From: Clostridia bacterium
Lineage (GTDB): Bacteria; Bacillota; DSM-521; Neomoorellales; SLTJ01
NCBI GenBank assembly: GCA_004347685.1
Contig: SLTJ01000032.1
Coordinates: forward strand, 118,371-182,370
Direction: 5' to 3'
DNA: 64,000 nt
In this document: piece after piece, positions 10,460-19,603 of the stretch
Position numbering within the stretch: position 1 is the stretch's first letter
Layout of the letters: every line of letters begins with the position of its first letter
The notes under the pieces: model-generated
Told to the model about the DNA's origin: nothing
Databases searched by the model: none
Seen by the model: only the letters and a program-made list of their open reading frames with translations
Translations under genes and position numbers: made by a program

Positions 10460-11473
10460 ATGTTATCTTTGTCTGGGCTGCGCCGGCTGGCGCAGCAGGC
10501 CGGACTGGAAGTAGTGGGAGCCACCAGTGCCGCCCCCCTGGTCGAAACCCGGGCCTTGTTGGCTGCCAGGCAGGCCAGGGGACTGGTTACGCCGTGGGTG
10601 ACGGCGGATCTTGAGGCCCGTTGTCATCCAGAAAGCGTGCTGCTGGGGGCCCGCAGCGTGATTATGGCCGCGCTACCTTATTACCACCCGGTCGGGTTTC
10701 CGGCAGGCGGACCGCGCGGGCGTATTGCCCGCTGCGCCTGGGGAATAGACTATCATCCGGTTTTAAGGGAACGGCTGCAGCTTTTGGCCCGACTTCTGCA
10801 GCGGGAACTGGGCCGGTTGGATTTCTCCATCCAGGTGGACAACGGTCCGCTGGTGGAGCGGGCCCTGGCGGTCCGAGCCGGCCTGGGTTTTGTTGGCAAG
10901 AACTGTTCCTTGATAGTCCCTGGGTATGGGTCCTGGGTTTTCCTGGGCGCAATGGTGATAGACGTGGAGGTAGAGGAAGCGCTACCCGGGGTACCAGCCT
11001 GCGGACAGTGTGAGCGTTGCGTCCGGGCCTGTCCCACCGGGGCCCTGGAAACGCCATACCTTGTTGACCCCGGTCGCTGTCTTTCCTATATTACCCAGAA
11101 GGGGGGAGAAGTACCGGCAGAATTCCGGGGTGCCCTGGCCGATCGGGTTTACGGCTGTGACACCTGCCAGGAGGTATGCCGGTATAACCTGGAAGCCAGC
11201 GGCAGCCAGGTGAAGGAATTCACCCCGGCAGGGGATAGCCACGCACCTTTGCTGGCCGAGGTAATCTCCCTGGACAGGGCGGCCTTTACCCGTCGCTTCG
11301 GTACCTCCTCCCTCGCCTGGCGGGGGCCAAACATCCTGGCCCGCAATGCGGTGATAGCCCTAGGCAACAGCCATCACCCGGAGGCGGTGAAGCTCCTCAG
11401 TCGCGTCGCGCAGGCGCACCCCAGCGCCATGGTCCGTTCCCACGCTACCCAGGCCCTGGCAGGCCGCCGGTAA
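10460..11473 (+). CDS. queG: Epoxyqueuosine reductase
   Basis: Two 4Fe-4S motifs (CGQCERCVRACP, CDTCQEVCRYN), cobalamin-domain-like N-terminus and a HEAT-like C-terminus (NAVIALGNSHHPEAVKLL). Confidence 0.8.
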   Translation: MLSLSGLRRLAQQAGLEVVGATSAAPLVETRALLAARQARGLVTPWVTADLEARCHPESVLLGARSVIMAALPYYHPVGFPAGGPRGRIARCAWGIDYHPVLRERLQLLARLLQRELGRLDFSIQVDNGPLVERALAVRAGLGFVGKNCSLIVPGYGSWVFLGAMVIDVEVEEALPGVPACGQCERCVRACPTGALETPYLVDPGRCLSYITQKGGEVPAEFRGALADRVYGCDTCQEVCRYNLEASGSQVKEFTPAGDSHAPLLAEVISLDRAAFTRRFGTSSLAWRGPNILARNAVIALGNSHHPEAVKLLSRVAQAHPSAMVRSHATQALAGRR

Positions 11474-11649
11474 AACTGCGCCTGGCCCAGCGTTGCTATT
11501 CACCGTAATTAATTGTGTTTTTGCGTACTTAGCCGGGCCAGAAGTCAGAAATCCATGAAAAACGAGCAGCAACTGGCGCCCTGTTCCGTATCTACCAGCC
11601 TGGCCCCTACCCCGGTACCGCCTCGGGCCCGGCCCGGTGTCCCCGGGGC

Positions 11650-12402
11650 TCAGCGGGCGCCGCCGAAACCCAGGAGGAACTTGAAGGCTTCCGGGTTTTC
11701 GACAAAGGCCTGGTACAGGCCCCTGCTCTTGACCACCTCGGTCGGCTGGGCCATACTGGGGGCCGCCATCATCTTCAGCCCTACCGAGTTGTGATAGTTG
11801 GGGTTGCGGATGAACTCGGTCTTGCCTTTCTCCCCGGCCACGCAGTAGTACGCGGCCCCCTTCTTGTCCCGGAAGGGCTCATACAGAGACTTGAACTGGC
11901 TTTCCACCAGGTTGGCCATGACCAGGCATTCTTCGCCGGGGTTCACCGTTACATGGCCGTACCCTGAGGGGACGAAAACCTTGTCCCCTTTCTTGGCGGC
12001 CACGGCAATTATTTCCTCAACGTCACCGCTGCGGGAATCTTTTTGCAGCAGGTACAGGGCTTCACCGCTCAGGACTTCGTAGTATTCGGTATAAGTATCT
12101 TCAGAATCGGGAACAGCGGGATGAAAGTGACCCACTGTCTTGGTGTACTCGCGGCCAAACAAACCCGGCAGGATGACGGTAAGGTCATAGCGGAGGCCAT
12201 GTTCGGCAAAGAGTTCCATGTCTGCGCCGTGGCCGACCCCGCGATACATATAGTATACCGGTCGTTCATCCAGGGGAATCGGCTCGTAAAGAACGGTGGC
12301 CATATCTGTCAAGCGCCGGACATCTGGCCCAGGGTGCGAGATTCCCTCGGCAAAAACCAGTTGGCCTCCCTCGCCTAACTGGATTTCTTTTCCCCAAAGC
12401 AT
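11650..12402 (-). CDS. Cupin-type glucose-6-phosphate isomerase family protein
   Basis: Cupin metal motif TVGHFHP...EYYEVLSGEA...GYGHVTVNPG. Resembles archaeal-type PGI, from memory. Confidence 0.55.
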   Translation of the reverse strand: MLWGKEIQLGEGGQLVFAEGISHPGPDVRRLTDMATVLYEPIPLDERPVYYMYRGVGHGADMELFAEHGLRYDLTVILPGLFGREYTKTVGHFHPAVPDSEDTYTEYYEVLSGEALYLLQKDSRSGDVEEIIAVAAKKGDKVFVPSGYGHVTVNPGEECLVMANLVESQFKSLYEPFRDKKGAAYYCVAGEKGKTEFIRNPNYHNSVGLKMMAAPSMAQPTEVVKSRGLYQAFVENPEAFKFLLGFGGAR

Positions 12403-12593
12403 TCCATCGGCCCCCCCTATTCTTGTCGCCCTAATTATACCTTTCCTGGCCGGAAAATCAAACCCTTTTTAGCATTGGATTTGCCAGATATATTTATACC
12501 CGGCCGCAGGTGGTGAGGGTGAGGTGGCTTCTGTTTGTCACCTGCCTGCATATAATTTAATGAAAGTCACTTACTCCTGGGGTGAGAAGACCT

Positions 12594-13462
12594 ATGGTAG
12601 ATTTCCTGAAACGGCTGGATGAGTTCCGCAGGCAGGAGGAGAGCGAGGCCTGGCAAGGCACCTTTGCCGAGTACCTGGATATGGTGGTGGAAAGGCCACG
12701 GGTCGCCAGGACGGCGCATGCTCGCATTTATGATATGATCGTGGCCGCCGGAGTGGAAGAAAAGGACGGTCAGAGAAGATACGAGTTTTTCTCCCGGGAA
12801 ATCTTTGGGTTGGAAAAGACCCTGCAGCGGCTGGTCGAGGAATATTTTCATTCCGCGGCCCGGCGCCTGGATGTACGCAAGCGCATTCTTCTGTTGATGG
12901 GGCCGGTAAGCGGAGGCAAGTCAACTATCGTGAACATGCTCAAAAGGGGGCTCGAGCGCTATTCCCGTACCGAGGAAGGGGCCATGTACGCCATCGCCGG
13001 CTGCCCCATGCATGAAGACCCCCTACACCTGATACCGCGGGAACTACGTCCGGAGTTCGCCGAGAAATACGGTATTGTCATCGAAGGCAGCCTCTGCCCG
13101 GTATGCAGGTTAATGGTGGAGGAAAAGTACCGTAACCGGGTGGAGCAGGTGCCGGTGAAACGCATCTTCCTTTCTGAGGAAAACCGGGTGGGCATTGGCA
13201 CCTTCAGCCCCTCTGATCCCAAGTCCCAGGACATCGCCGACCTGACAGGCAGCGTGGACTTCTCCACCATTGCCGAATATGGCTCGGAATCTGATCCCCG
13301 CGCCTACCGGTTTGACGGCGAGCTCAACAAGGCCAACCGGGGGCTGATGGAATTCCAAGAAATGCTCAAGTGCGACGAAAAATTTCTCTACAACCTCCTC
13401 AGCCTTTCCCAGGAAGGGAATTTTAAGGCAGGCCGCTTCGCCCTGATTTCGGCGGATGAAAT
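12594..13462 (+). CDS. prkA: PrkA serine protein kinase, 5' segment (gene interrupted by ICE)
   Basis: MVDFLKRLDEFRRQEE..., Walker A LLLMGPVSGGKST, ...EMLKCDEKFLYNLLSLSQEGNFKAGRFALISADE. After 13460 the ORF reads into unrelated element sequence and stops at 13643. Confidence 0.9.
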
Positions 13463-13632
13463 GACTGTTGCTTCATTGTGCCAAAAACCTCATGCTTGTT
13501 TTAGAGGGCTTATCTTCCTGATTATACCACACTTAGGAAGCGGTAAGGGCCATTTTTTGATGCGGGTCTTCCCCAAGGGGCCGGGTCGTGCTCCGTCCCT
13601 TCGTGCCCCCCTGCTCCGGAGAAGCAACAAGC

Positions 13633-13944
13633 AACAGCGGTAAGAACCAGGAGCAGCTCAGGCCATACCTGGTTTTTTGTGTCTGGCCCCCTACCCCTCC
13701 CCTGGGAGGGGTTTTTGGTATGGAAGCGACGCCTCGGCGTCGCCAGTCAAAGCCTGCCGGCCCCGGCCTGATTATACCGGCGCGGGCACCCCGGTCCGGC
13801 AAGGGTAAAGGCCGTGAGCATATCCTCCCTGCGGTCCGGTATCCCTCCCGGCCCCTCCCTTACGGTCGGCCCTTGCCGGCCCGCCCGCGCAAGGCCTTGC
13901 TCCCAAGGCCGGCAGGCCAAGTTCAAGAGAGGGGGAGCAAGCCA
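13633..13944 (+). repeat. Multi-hairpin module, copy A (paralog of 35879-36196)
   Basis: About 310 nt. The core is near-identical to the region upstream of radC. Contains terminator-like AACCAGG..CCTGGTT+T-run, CCCTCC/GGAGGG and GCGACGCC/GGCGTCGC hairpins, a TGaTTATAC box and a long stem. Confidence 0.8.
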
Positions 13945-14181
13945 ATGGCGCAAAGGGTACTCAATGACCACCAGTTGGCGGTGAACCGCCGGGAGGGAGC
14001 AAAAGGGGGAGGAAGCGGCGTAATGGTTCTCCAGGGCAGGCATGGAAAGATCATTATCGACGAGCCGGTGATCAAACAGCCAACGAGGGAGGACATTGAG
14101 GGTGTCTACAGGGTGCTGGTGGAGTGCTTGTTGAACCAGCACAGGAGGGAACAGATGGCGCAAGAAGTAAAGGTGAACTAG
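13945..14181 (+). CDS. Small hypothetical protein (paralog of 62632-62853)
   Basis: GAGGGGGAG RBS + ATG. The core LQGRHGKIIIDEPVIKQPTREDIEGVYRVLVECL is near-identical to the right-end ORF. Confidence 0.55.
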   Translation: MAQRVLNDHQLAVNRREGAKGGGSGVMVLQGRHGKIIIDEPVIKQPTREDIEGVYRVLVECLLNQHRREQMAQEVKVN

Positions 14182-14207
14182 TCCGGCAAACCAAGCCGGC
14201 ATAGGTC

Positions 14208-14237
14208 GTGCCAAGTCCGCAAGACGGGCTTGGCACG
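14208..14237 (+). repeat. 30-nt hairpin repeat (left copy)
   Basis: GTGCCAAGTCCGCAAGACGGGCTTGGCACG. The same sequence with 1 mismatch occurs at 15338-15367. Confidence 0.8.
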
Positions 14238-14402
14238 ATCACTATTCAAGGGCCGAGATTGGGGATGATCTGGAAAAGAGGAAAAGGAAGAAAATGGCTT
14301 TACTGAAGGCCTTCGGTTGAAGGGCCTTTTTCTTCTCTGCCCGAAATGGTATAATATGACTGAAGGAGGAGACGGGAGAGTTCATTCCATTGGAGGAACA
14401 AA

Positions 14403-14588
14403 ATGAACGATGCCAGCATTTGCCCGAGCTCTGGAGGGAATTTAGAGGATAGAAGCATCCAGATTGACTTTCGCCACCAGGGCCGCTTAATTGTGGTGGA
14501 AGGCATCCCAGCTCAAGTCTGCAAAGACTGTGGGGAGCAGGTGGTATCCGCCAGCACATCGAAGGATATTGACGCTTTGCTATGGTAA
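14403..14588 (+). CDS. YgiT-type zinc-finger protein (MqsA N-domain-like)
   Basis: CPSSGG...VCKDCGEQV zinc ribbon. TGGTATAAT extended -10 about 45 nt upstream. Confidence 0.6.
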   Translation: MNDASICPSSGGNLEDRSIQIDFRHQGRLIVVEGIPAQVCKDCGEQVVSASTSKDIDALLW

Positions 14589-14613
14589 CTTAGGAAAGGG
14601 AGGAGTGAGCAGG

Positions 14614-15009
14614 GTGACGGAAGAAAGGCTGAGAGAAAGGCTGGAAAACTATAAAAAGGCCTTGAAACGTCTTGAGGAAGCTCTGGGTAAAAAACCAGAT
14701 CCGTATATTTACGACTCAGTCATAAAAAGGTTTGAGTTCACCTACGAACTGGCGTGGAAACTAATGAAGGCATTGATCGAATACCAGGGCGGGGAGAGTG
14801 TGTCGTTTCCGAGGGGCATTTTCAAAGAGGCTTATGCCAGGGGGCTGATCAAGGACGGAGAAGTGTGGCTGGGTATGTTAGAAGACCGGAACTTGACGAG
14901 TCACACTTATGATGAGGCCAGCGCCAAGAAAATCTATCAACGCGTGAAAGACCTTTATGCTGTACACCTGGCCCTGCTGGCCCAAATTGTGGAAAGGGAA
15001 TTGGAATAG
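14614..15009 (+). CDS. HI0074-family nucleotidyltransferase substrate-binding (HEPN) protein
   Basis: LENYKKALKRLEEAL...RFEFTYELAWKLMK...RNLTSHTYDE (HEPN Rx4-6H). AAAGGGAGGAG RBS before the GTG at 14614. Confidence 0.75.
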   Translation: MTEERLRERLENYKKALKRLEEALGKKPDPYIYDSVIKRFEFTYELAWKLMKALIEYQGGESVSFPRGIFKEAYARGLIKDGEVWLGMLEDRNLTSHTYDEASAKKIYQRVKDLYAVHLALLAQIVERELE

Positions 15010-15011
15010 TG

Positions 15012-15338
15012 ATGTTTGGCCTGAAACAGGATACTTTGGCGGCAATCAGGCTGGTATTGCAGCGCTACGCGCAGGTGGAACGGGCCGTCATTTTCGGTTC
15101 CCGGGCCAGGGGGGATTTTATGCCTAATTCCGATATTGACCTTGCCGTTTACTGCGATAACGAGCTGCCCCGCGGACTATATCTCGACCTGGATGAAGCG
15201 GTGGGAATTTATAAAGTGGATGTTGTAAATCCAAACCAAGTGCGGAATCAAAAATTGCGCCGCAGAATTGCGGAGCAGGGCGTGGAGATTTACGTTCGAC
15301 CTACTGGCCAGGTACTCGAACACGAGGTGAAGCATTAG
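15012..15338 (+). CDS. Minimal nucleotidyltransferase (MNT) partner of HEPN
   Basis: IFGSRARGDFMPNSDIDLAV motif. Start overlaps the HEPN stop. Confidence 0.8.
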   Translation: MFGLKQDTLAAIRLVLQRYAQVERAVIFGSRARGDFMPNSDIDLAVYCDNELPRGLYLDLDEAVGIYKVDVVNPNQVRNQKLRRRIAEQGVEIYVRPTGQVLEHEVKH

Positions 15339-15367
15339 TGCCAAGTCCGCAAGACTGGCTTGGCACG
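15338..15367 (+). repeat. 30-nt hairpin repeat (right copy)
   Basis: GTGCCAAGTCCGCAAGACTGGCTTGGCACG, immediately after the MNT stop codon. Confidence 0.8.
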
Positions 15368-15427
15368 TTGGCTATCCAGGGGTTCCCTTGGCCGGGGGAT
15401 GGGGGCGAGAAAGTAGACAATGGCGTA

Positions 15428-17020
15428 TTATGGCAGGATCAGAGAACTAAAGCGCGGGACTACCCTTAGATCGTATCGCCCCTTGCCGGTTTTGGTAAGT
15501 TCCACCCGGTCAATGATAGACGACAGGATCTTGTTTTTTTCCGTCTTATCGGTTGCCTTCCTGTAAACCTCTAGGGCGCTTTTCACATCGGACTTGAAGG
15601 CGATGATGGCGCGCTCGACCTCCTGACTTTCCTGGTTCTTCTCCAGGGGTATGATTTTATCCAGGCTGGCCAGTTCTTGCTCTATTTCCTTCTTGCGCCT
15701 GAGAAAGTCCTCGTCACTGTAAATGCCGGCCTCGTACTTGTCAAAAATAAAGTCGAGCCTTCGTTGAAGGTCTTTTCTCTTCTTCTCGACCATCGTGGCT
15801 ACGTCCAAGGGGTTTTCCGCCTTCCTGGTGGTTTGCTGGTATTCTTTTTCGTAGATTGCTTTGAGCTCTCCGTTGTCCAGGGTTCCCAGGTGCGCCAGGG
15901 CGAGCAAAATGTCCCGTTCCACGTCGCGGTACTTGACGAAGGTACAACCGTCAGTATTGCACCACAGGAATTCTTTTTTGTAGACGCTTACCGAGCCGTC
16001 CTTTTTTCTGTAGTGCTGCGTAGAGTACTGGCGGATCATCCGGCGGCCACACTTCGTGCAAATGACCAGCCCCGCCAACTCACAGGGGGAGAAATCCAGC
16101 TTCGTATGGGGCAGGCGCCGGCTGTTTAGTTTATTCTGGGCCAAGTTCCACACCTCTCTCGTGATGATAGGTTCGTGGGCATTTTCTACCACAATCCAGT
16201 CTTCTTCCGGCCGGGGGTAGTATTTGTTGCCAATCCTTTTCCGGGTACGGTACTTGACCGTGCCGATATAGGCCACGTTCTCAATGACCCTTTGTACCGT
16301 TAAGTAGGACCAGCCACCTTTACCGTTTCTGGGGCTCGGTATGCCTAAGCGGTTCAGGTAGCCGGCGATGGCGCGGAAGGCCACGTCCTTGACGTTTCCA
16401 TCCGCCTGCTCCATGCCGTAGACGTACAGGTCAAAAATCATGCGCACGATGTTAGCTTCTTCCTCTACAATTTCTAGCCTGGTGGTCTTGCTGTTCAAGG
16501 AGTAGCCATAAGGGGTGGCACCCACCACCCAGCGCCCCTCGTGGGCCAGGTTCAGTTTGGAGGAAAGCATCCTTTCGCGGATCATCTCAAACTCTTCCCT
16601 GGCGAAGAAAAGCTCGAACCGGATTTGCCTGGCGTCGGAAGGGTTTTCTATGTCGTAAAGCTTGTAGGGCGTAATAATGTAAATCCGCTTTTCCTTGATG
16701 AGGTCGAAGATCTCCCCCATATCCGAGTAGGAACCGCGGCCCAGGCGGGCGATCTCCTTGACGGCGATGGCGTTATACCTTCCCTCCCGCAACCACTTTA
16801 GAACTTCCTGGAAGACTGGCCTGGTTTCGATCTTGTCCCCAGAACCTATTTCTTCGGCCATATCGTAAGGAATGGAAATGTCGTCAAGGACCTTGGTCAT
16901 AATCTTCTTTTGCGTGGACAGGGTATCCTCCCCTGTTCGCCGTTCCCGCTCAATATCCTGTCTAGAACGGCGAAGGTAACAGATGATCTTCTGGACATTG
17001 GCGTAATCGCTTTTGGTCAT
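15428..17020 (-). CDS. Large serine recombinase (integrase of the element)
   Basis: 530 aa. N-terminal resolvase domain (ICYLRRSRQD catalytic Ser context, GSGDKIETRP), recombinase domain, Cys-rich zinc ribbon (CTKCGRRM...CNTDGC) and coiled-coil C-terminus. Confidence 0.9.
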   Translation of the reverse strand: MTKSDYANVQKIICYLRRSRQDIERERRTGEDTLSTQKKIMTKVLDDISIPYDMAEEIGSGDKIETRPVFQEVLKWLREGRYNAIAVKEIARLGRGSYSDMGEIFDLIKEKRIYIITPYKLYDIENPSDARQIRFELFFAREEFEMIRERMLSSKLNLAHEGRWVVGATPYGYSLNSKTTRLEIVEEEANIVRMIFDLYVYGMEQADGNVKDVAFRAIAGYLNRLGIPSPRNGKGGWSYLTVQRVIENVAYIGTVKYRTRKRIGNKYYPRPEEDWIVVENAHEPIITREVWNLAQNKLNSRRLPHTKLDFSPCELAGLVICTKCGRRMIRQYSTQHYRKKDGSVSVYKKEFLWCNTDGCTFVKYRDVERDILLALAHLGTLDNGELKAIYEKEYQQTTRKAENPLDVATMVEKKRKDLQRRLDFIFDKYEAGIYSDEDFLRRKKEIEQELASLDKIIPLEKNQESQEVERAIIAFKSDVKSALEVYRKATDKTEKNKILSSIIDRVELTKTGKGRYDLRVVPRFSSLILP

Positions 17021-17060
17021 CCTGGCACCACCCTTTGGTGTGTCTATTTAGTATGGGAGT

Positions 17061-17089
17061 ATTATATTAATCCAACCCAAAACTGTCAA
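17061..17089 (-). promoter_or_regulatory. Consensus sigma-A promoter of the recombinase gene
   Basis: Minus strand reads TTGACA, 17 nt spacer, TATAAT, followed by an AAAGGGTGGTG RBS and the ATG. Confidence 0.6.
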
Positions 17090-17144
17090 GCTATTCCAGA
17101 CCCCTTTCGATGGTTTAGAATTGAAGAGTTCTGGAGGTGGGCAA

Positions 17145-17507
17145 GTGAACCACGTCTCTTTGATTGGCAGGTTGGCTGGCGATCCCTGCTTACGTTACAC
17201 CGCGAAGGGAACCGCTGTCACCGGGTTCGTGCTGGCAGTGGAGAGGCTACTTCAACCCGACGACCAAGCGGACAGGGCGGTGGAGTTTATCAAGGTGGTG
17301 ACCTTCGGCAAGGTGGGGGAGGCCTGCTCGGGGCACCTTTATAAAGGGCGCCGGGTCGCAGTTGAGGGATCCCTGCGGACCGCAAGGTGGCAGGGAGAAG
17401 ATGGACGGGTGCGGCAGCGGGTGGAGGTTGTGGCTCGGTTAGTGGAGTTCCTGGACGGGAAGCGCAAAAATGACCAGGGTAATGAAGAAAATGAGGCTGC
17501 CGGTTGA
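17145..17507 (+). CDS. ssb: Single-stranded DNA-binding protein
   Basis: VNHVSLIGRLAGDPCLRYTAKGTAVTGFVLAV...VTFGKVGEACSGHLYKGRRVAVEGSLRTARWQ OB-fold pattern. GGAGGTGG RBS. Confidence 0.85.
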   Translation: MNHVSLIGRLAGDPCLRYTAKGTAVTGFVLAVERLLQPDDQADRAVEFIKVVTFGKVGEACSGHLYKGRRVAVEGSLRTARWQGEDGRVRQRVEVVARLVEFLDGKRKNDQGNEENEAAG

Positions 17508-17649
17508 GAATGGGTATTTTCTATGGTATAATCTTACAAGACGGGCTGGTAGTGCCACGGAATCGCCATGATTCTGGGGCAAACCATAAAGATTGACCTG
17601 GAATTCCCTTCCCGGCGGCAGGGACAGCCCGTGTACTCCCGATAGGGCT

Positions 17650-18159
17650 TTGCCGGGGACCGGAGGGGGTGAGATTACGGCAAAAGCATCTATCTATCTG
17701 GAAACAACCATCCCCAGTTACTTGGCAGCCTTCCCGAGCCGCGATATTGTAGTAGCTGCCCACCAACAGATTACGCATGACTGGTGGGTACATGAGCGAC
17801 ACCGGTTCGAGCTGTTTATTTCAGAGACTGTATTGGCGGAGTGTCAATTGGGTGATCCGGAGGCTGCTCAACGCCGGTTGTCTTATTTATCCGGGTTACC
17901 GGTTCTCTCGATGGACGATAGCGTGCTTAAGTTGGCCAAAGTGTACCTGGAGGCCTTATCCATACCTGCCCGGTCCGGACTTGATGCCTTGCACCTGGCC
18001 TGTGCCGTGAGCCATGAAATAGATTACGTGCTAACCTGGAACTGTAAGCATTTGGCACACGGGGAAATTCGCCGGGCTTTACAAAAAATAAATCTCCAAA
18101 AGGGGTTGTTTATCCCCGCCATCGTTACCCCTGAGGAGCTTATGGAAAGGAGTGAGTAA
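17650..18159 (+). CDS. PIN-domain protein (VapC-like toxin candidate)
   Basis: IYLETT..., ISETVLAEC, GLDALHLACAV, VLTWNCKHL acidic/terminal motifs. The start is uncertain (TTG 17650 or nearby). Confidence 0.5.
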   Translation: MPGTGGGEITAKASIYLETTIPSYLAAFPSRDIVVAAHQQITHDWWVHERHRFELFISETVLAECQLGDPEAAQRRLSYLSGLPVLSMDDSVLKLAKVYLEALSIPARSGLDALHLACAVSHEIDYVLTWNCKHLAHGEIRRALQKINLQKGLFIPAIVTPEELMERSE

Positions 18160-18337
18160 GGTGTGGGAAGACCCTATCGTTTCCGAGGTGCGACGCCTGC
18201 GCGAGCAAATGTTAAAAGAAGCAGGGAGCCTGGAAAATCTGGTCAAGAAGTTACGAGAGAGCGAGAAGAGACATGCTAATCTACTTGTGACTAGAGGATT
18301 GGCCCGGGAGCGCAAGGTTCAACCCAGTGGTCATTGA
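18152..18337 (+). CDS. Small hypothetical protein (possible partner of the PIN protein)
   Basis: 61 aa, helical and charged. Start overlaps the PIN stop. Confidence 0.35.
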   Translation: MSKVWEDPIVSEVRRLREQMLKEAGSLENLVKKLRESEKRHANLLVTRGLARERKVQPSGH

Positions 18338-18510
18338 AAAGAAATCGCTATCAAGCCTTTAACACCCCAGAAAACAAAGGGGGTAGTTAGGGATCTTGAG
18401 GCCCTACCCCAGAAAGGTAGGCTTGTTTAGTCCGGCCCGAGGACCCTTCACTAACACGGTGGAGGGCTTTTTTATTGCCCAAAAACGTTACCTGGAGGTG
18501 CTGAAAAGAA

Positions 18511-18906
18511 GTGCGCAACCGCTACCTGCGCCTGGCCGTCTCCCTGGCGGCGGCCCTGGCGGTAAGTTTTTTCCTGGTAGCCTCCACGGGCGAAAAGCCA
18601 ACGGTGTGCCGGCCCGTGGTGGTGGTGACCAAGGTGGAGAGACTACTTCAACCCGACGACCAAGCGGACAGGGCGGTGGGGTTTATCAAGGTGGTGACCT
18701 TCGGCAAGGTGGGGGAGGCCTGCTCGGAGCACCTTTATAAAGGGCGCCGGGTCGCAGTTGAGGGATCCCTGCGGACCGCAAGGTGGCAGGGAGAAGATGG
18801 ACGGGTCCGCCAGAGGGTGGAGGTGGTGGCCCGGTCAGTGGAGTTCCTGGACGGGAAGCGCAAGGGCGACCAGAATGATGCCGAAGGAGATGAGGCAGCC
18901 GGTTGA
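18511..18906 (+). pseudogene. Chimeric cpaB'-'ssb recombination scar
   Basis: The first 41 codons are identical to cpaB (20153...). From 18634 the sequence matches the 3' two-thirds of ssb (17240-17507). The upstream 18443-18510 duplicates 20083-20152. Confidence 0.75.
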
Positions 18907-18967
18907 GGATGGGCATTTTTTATGGTATGATCTTTCTAAAGCCTGGTAGTGCCAAGGAGACAATAAA

Positions 18968-19603
18968 GTGCTGGACCAAACCATAAGGATTGATCTCGAG
19001 TTACCAAGGGAACTGTTCGTCAAAGGCCGAGAATCATCTCAACGGGCAAAAATGGAGGCACTGAAAAGGCTCGCGGCAACCTTTTACGCAGATGGGAGCT
19101 TATCCCTGGGCAAGGCGGCAGAACTGGCCAAGGTATCCAAGCAAGAAATCGCGGATTTTCTAGCAACGTGTAACATTCCCTTGAACTATGATGTCAACGA
19201 GTTGGAGGATGATTTAGCTACCATTGCTGCAATGTGGCCTACGATGTTCAATAATGTGCTGGGGGTGAACTGTGACGTGACTGCGATCAGCAGCAAGGAC
19301 CTGACAATCGCCAGGAAAGTGAAACAAAGCCTCACTGAAAAAATCCCACTGTATGAGGTTCGGCTATTCGGTTCGCGGGCGCGGGGGCAGGCCAGTGCCG
19401 ATTCGGACCTTGATCTATACCTGGAAACCGGGCCTCTCTCTCGCGAGCAAAGGCGATTGATAAGCGAGGTGGCCTGGGAAATTGGTTTCGCTAATGACGT
19501 GGTTATTTCTCCGTTGGTTGTTTCTCAGGGTGAGGCCAGTAATGGTGCGTTTTCCGTTTCCACGCTTTGTAGAGCAATTAAGGCTGAAGGGATTTCGGTA
19601 TGA
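18968..19603 (+). CDS. UPF0175 antitoxin-like domain fused to MNT nucleotidyltransferase
   Basis: N-terminal part SLSLGKAAELAKVSKQEIADFLATCNIPLNYDVNELEDDL (UPF0175-like). C-terminal part RLFGSRARGQASADSDLDLY (MNT). No stop codon between them. Confidence 0.6.
   Translation: MLDQTIRIDLELPRELFVKGRESSQRAKMEALKRLAATFYADGSLSLGKAAELAKVSKQEIADFLATCNIPLNYDVNELEDDLATIAAMWPTMFNNVLGVNCDVTAISSKDLTIARKVKQSLTEKIPLYEVRLFGSRARGQASADSDLDLYLETGPLSREQRRLISEVAWEIGFANDVVISPLVVSQGEASNGAFSVSTLCRAIKAEGISV

Noticed and set aside
12535-12562. A sporulation (sigma-E/K-type) promoter upstream of prkA, based on GCATATAAT.
   Set aside because: Only a -10-like element is visible. TTGTCA lies just 10 nt upstream and no matching -35 sits at a proper distance, so I cannot support a specific sigma assignment from sequence alone.
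13588-13944. The N-terminal 119 codons of the 197-aa track ORF 13588-14181.
   Set aside because: This part is Pro/Arg-rich and lies over the duplicated multi-hairpin module, which is conserved at the nucleotide level in another context (upstream of radC). Only the last 78 codons have an RBS and a protein-level paralog.
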